Of a stretch of DNA of 45,469 bases, positions 44,467-45,469 are shown in pieces. A model generated the notes under the pieces. It ran no database searches. It worked only from the letters and a program-made list of their open reading frames with translations, and had not been told where the DNA came from. Numbering within the stretch: position 1 is the first letter of the stretch; every line of letters starts with the position of its first letter. Source of the DNA: a virus (lineage: Duplodnaviria; Caudoviricetes); the IMG/VR virus record IMGVR_UViG_3300037424_000357, positions 1 to 45,469 of that record; one strand, given 5' to 3'. Both the position numbers and the translations under genes were made by a program.

Positions 44467-44793
44467 ATGACATACGTTGATTGGACATTGCCACCGCCGC
44501 TTCCTTGGAAATTTGATGAAATCAATATCAACATAACTGATGCAAATGGTGCGCGCGTGTTTGATCCGCGCTCTGGCTATGTCATCGAAGAAGAAACAAT
44601 CATCGCCAAGTGCAAGCTTACCGTCCGTGCTGTCAATAGCCATGATGAGTTGGTGGAGGCGCTGAAATGGTATGAGGAGCAAGCCCGCCTTGCTCGCCTC
44701 ATACATAGCGAAGGCGACAAAGGCCGTCATGCTCTTGCAGATGATGGTGGCAACACCGCCCGCGCCGCGCTCGCCAAGGCAACCAAGCCATGA
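44467..44793 (+). CDS. hypothetical protein (VRAVNSHDELVE family)
   Basis: gagga RBS; paralogous to the next gene. Confidence 0.65.
   Translation: MTYVDWTLPPPLPWKFDEININITDANGARVFDPRSGYVIEEETIIAKCKLTVRAVNSHDELVEALKWYEEQARLARLIHSEGDKGRHALADDGGNTARAALAKATKP
44623..44667 (+). repeat. 45-bp direct repeat, copy 1
   Basis: 43/45 identical to 44988-45032. Confidence 0.85.
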
Positions 44794-45161
44794 GCGACAA
44801 ATCCAATCCCACATCGGGGCATACGCCAACGCCCTGGGTTATCGGAACAGAAAACTTGGGCGCAGAAGAAATTGCGACTGTGGCGTGGATTGGTGCGCGT
44901 CGAGTTGGCGTTCACACCCCCGGCATTCCTGGCGGCAATTACAGGGACACTGCATTTGGCAATCAAGAAGCGGACACCGCCTTCATAGTCCGTGCTGTCA
45001 ATAGCCATGATGAGTTAGTGGAGGTGCTGAAAGATATTTCAAAGCAACGTTTGTCAACCGAGATTTCCACAGAGGAAATCGAAGATGACTGTGATTTCAT
45101 CAGTGGCTATGACGCAATAGTCACTGTCGCCCGAGCCGCTCTCGCCAAGGTGCAATCATGA
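44790..45161 (+). CDS. hypothetical protein (HTPTPW...VRAVNSHDELVE family)
   Basis: ATGA-coupled. Confidence 0.65.
   Translation: MSDKSNPTSGHTPTPWVIGTENLGAEEIATVAWIGARRVGVHTPGIPGGNYRDTAFGNQEADTAFIVRAVNSHDELVEVLKDISKQRLSTEISTEEIEDDCDFISGYDAIVTVARAALAKVQS
44988..45032 (+). repeat. 45-bp direct repeat, copy 2
   Basis: 43/45 identical to 44623-44667. Confidence 0.85.
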
Positions 45162-45349
45162 GCGGCATATCTCCAAACCTCCTGATCTACTACGGCTACG
45201 ATAAAATGTCGCCCGAGCGCCGCGCTATATTCGAAGCCAGCCTTCACGAACTGGGCTTTTGCATACGTGCAACCGCGCTGGAACGTGTCGGGACATACAA
45301 TCGCAGGCTTGGGTATGCCATCACGGAAGAGGAGTTTTGGTCACAATGA
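45158..45349 (+). CDS. hypothetical protein
   Basis: ATGA-coupled to the upstream gene and to the zinc-binding ORF across the junction. Confidence 0.6.
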   Translation: MSGISPNLLIYYGYDKMSPERRAIFEASLHELGFCIRATALERVGTYNRRLGYAITEEEFWSQ

Positions 45350-45469
45350 CAACACCATGGAACAGATGTGACGCTTGCGGTGAGTTCATTGCCTTTGAAG
45401 ATTTTGAACGCGTCGCAAGGCGAGTTTTGGTTACTCCTGATAGCGAGTTTTCAAAAGAGGAATACGAAA
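45344..45469. repeat. 126-bp terminal direct repeat, right copy
   Basis: Identical to 33-158. Confidence 0.95.

Noticed and set aside
44623-45032. Diversity-generating retroelement TR/VR pair
   Set aside because: No reverse transcriptase in the genome; the repeat is short and its mismatches are not all at adenines.
45344-45469. Physical direct terminal repeat of the virion DNA
   Set aside because: It lies mid-operon in the early region, its 126-bp length fits a k-mer assembly overlap, and the PBSX-type terminase suggests headful packaging.
1-45469. Stop-codon reassignment
   Set aside because: All core genes are intact and tightly packed under the standard code.

Overview
This window is an apparently complete (~45.3 kb circular unit) temperate podovirus-like phage, most likely of Alphaproteobacteria (host inferred from protein families and promoter and terminator styles). 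Positions 33-158 recur exactly at 45344-45469, which closes the circle. The + strand carries an early operon (ERF recombinase, HNH, Xis-like gene, tyrosine integrase, probable attP, accessory genes). A cI/cro switch with visible operators lies at 42.6-43.3 kb. The - strand carries replication, NusG-like antitermination, terminase, P22-like portal, scaffold, major capsid, tail and ejection proteins, tail fibre and lysis genes. Most unusual: (1) a translationally coupled operon with its own promoter, encoding a secreted protein, a MotA/TolQ/ExbB-like protein, a MotB/ExbD-like protein and two membrane proteins, directly upstream of two endolysins; (2) three virion-module proteins with Sec-type signal peptides; (3) a tail-fibre-like domain inserted in the adaptor; (4) a candidate attP resembling the 3' end of a Rhizobiales sRNA. 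All family calls come from motif recognition by eye; no searches were run.
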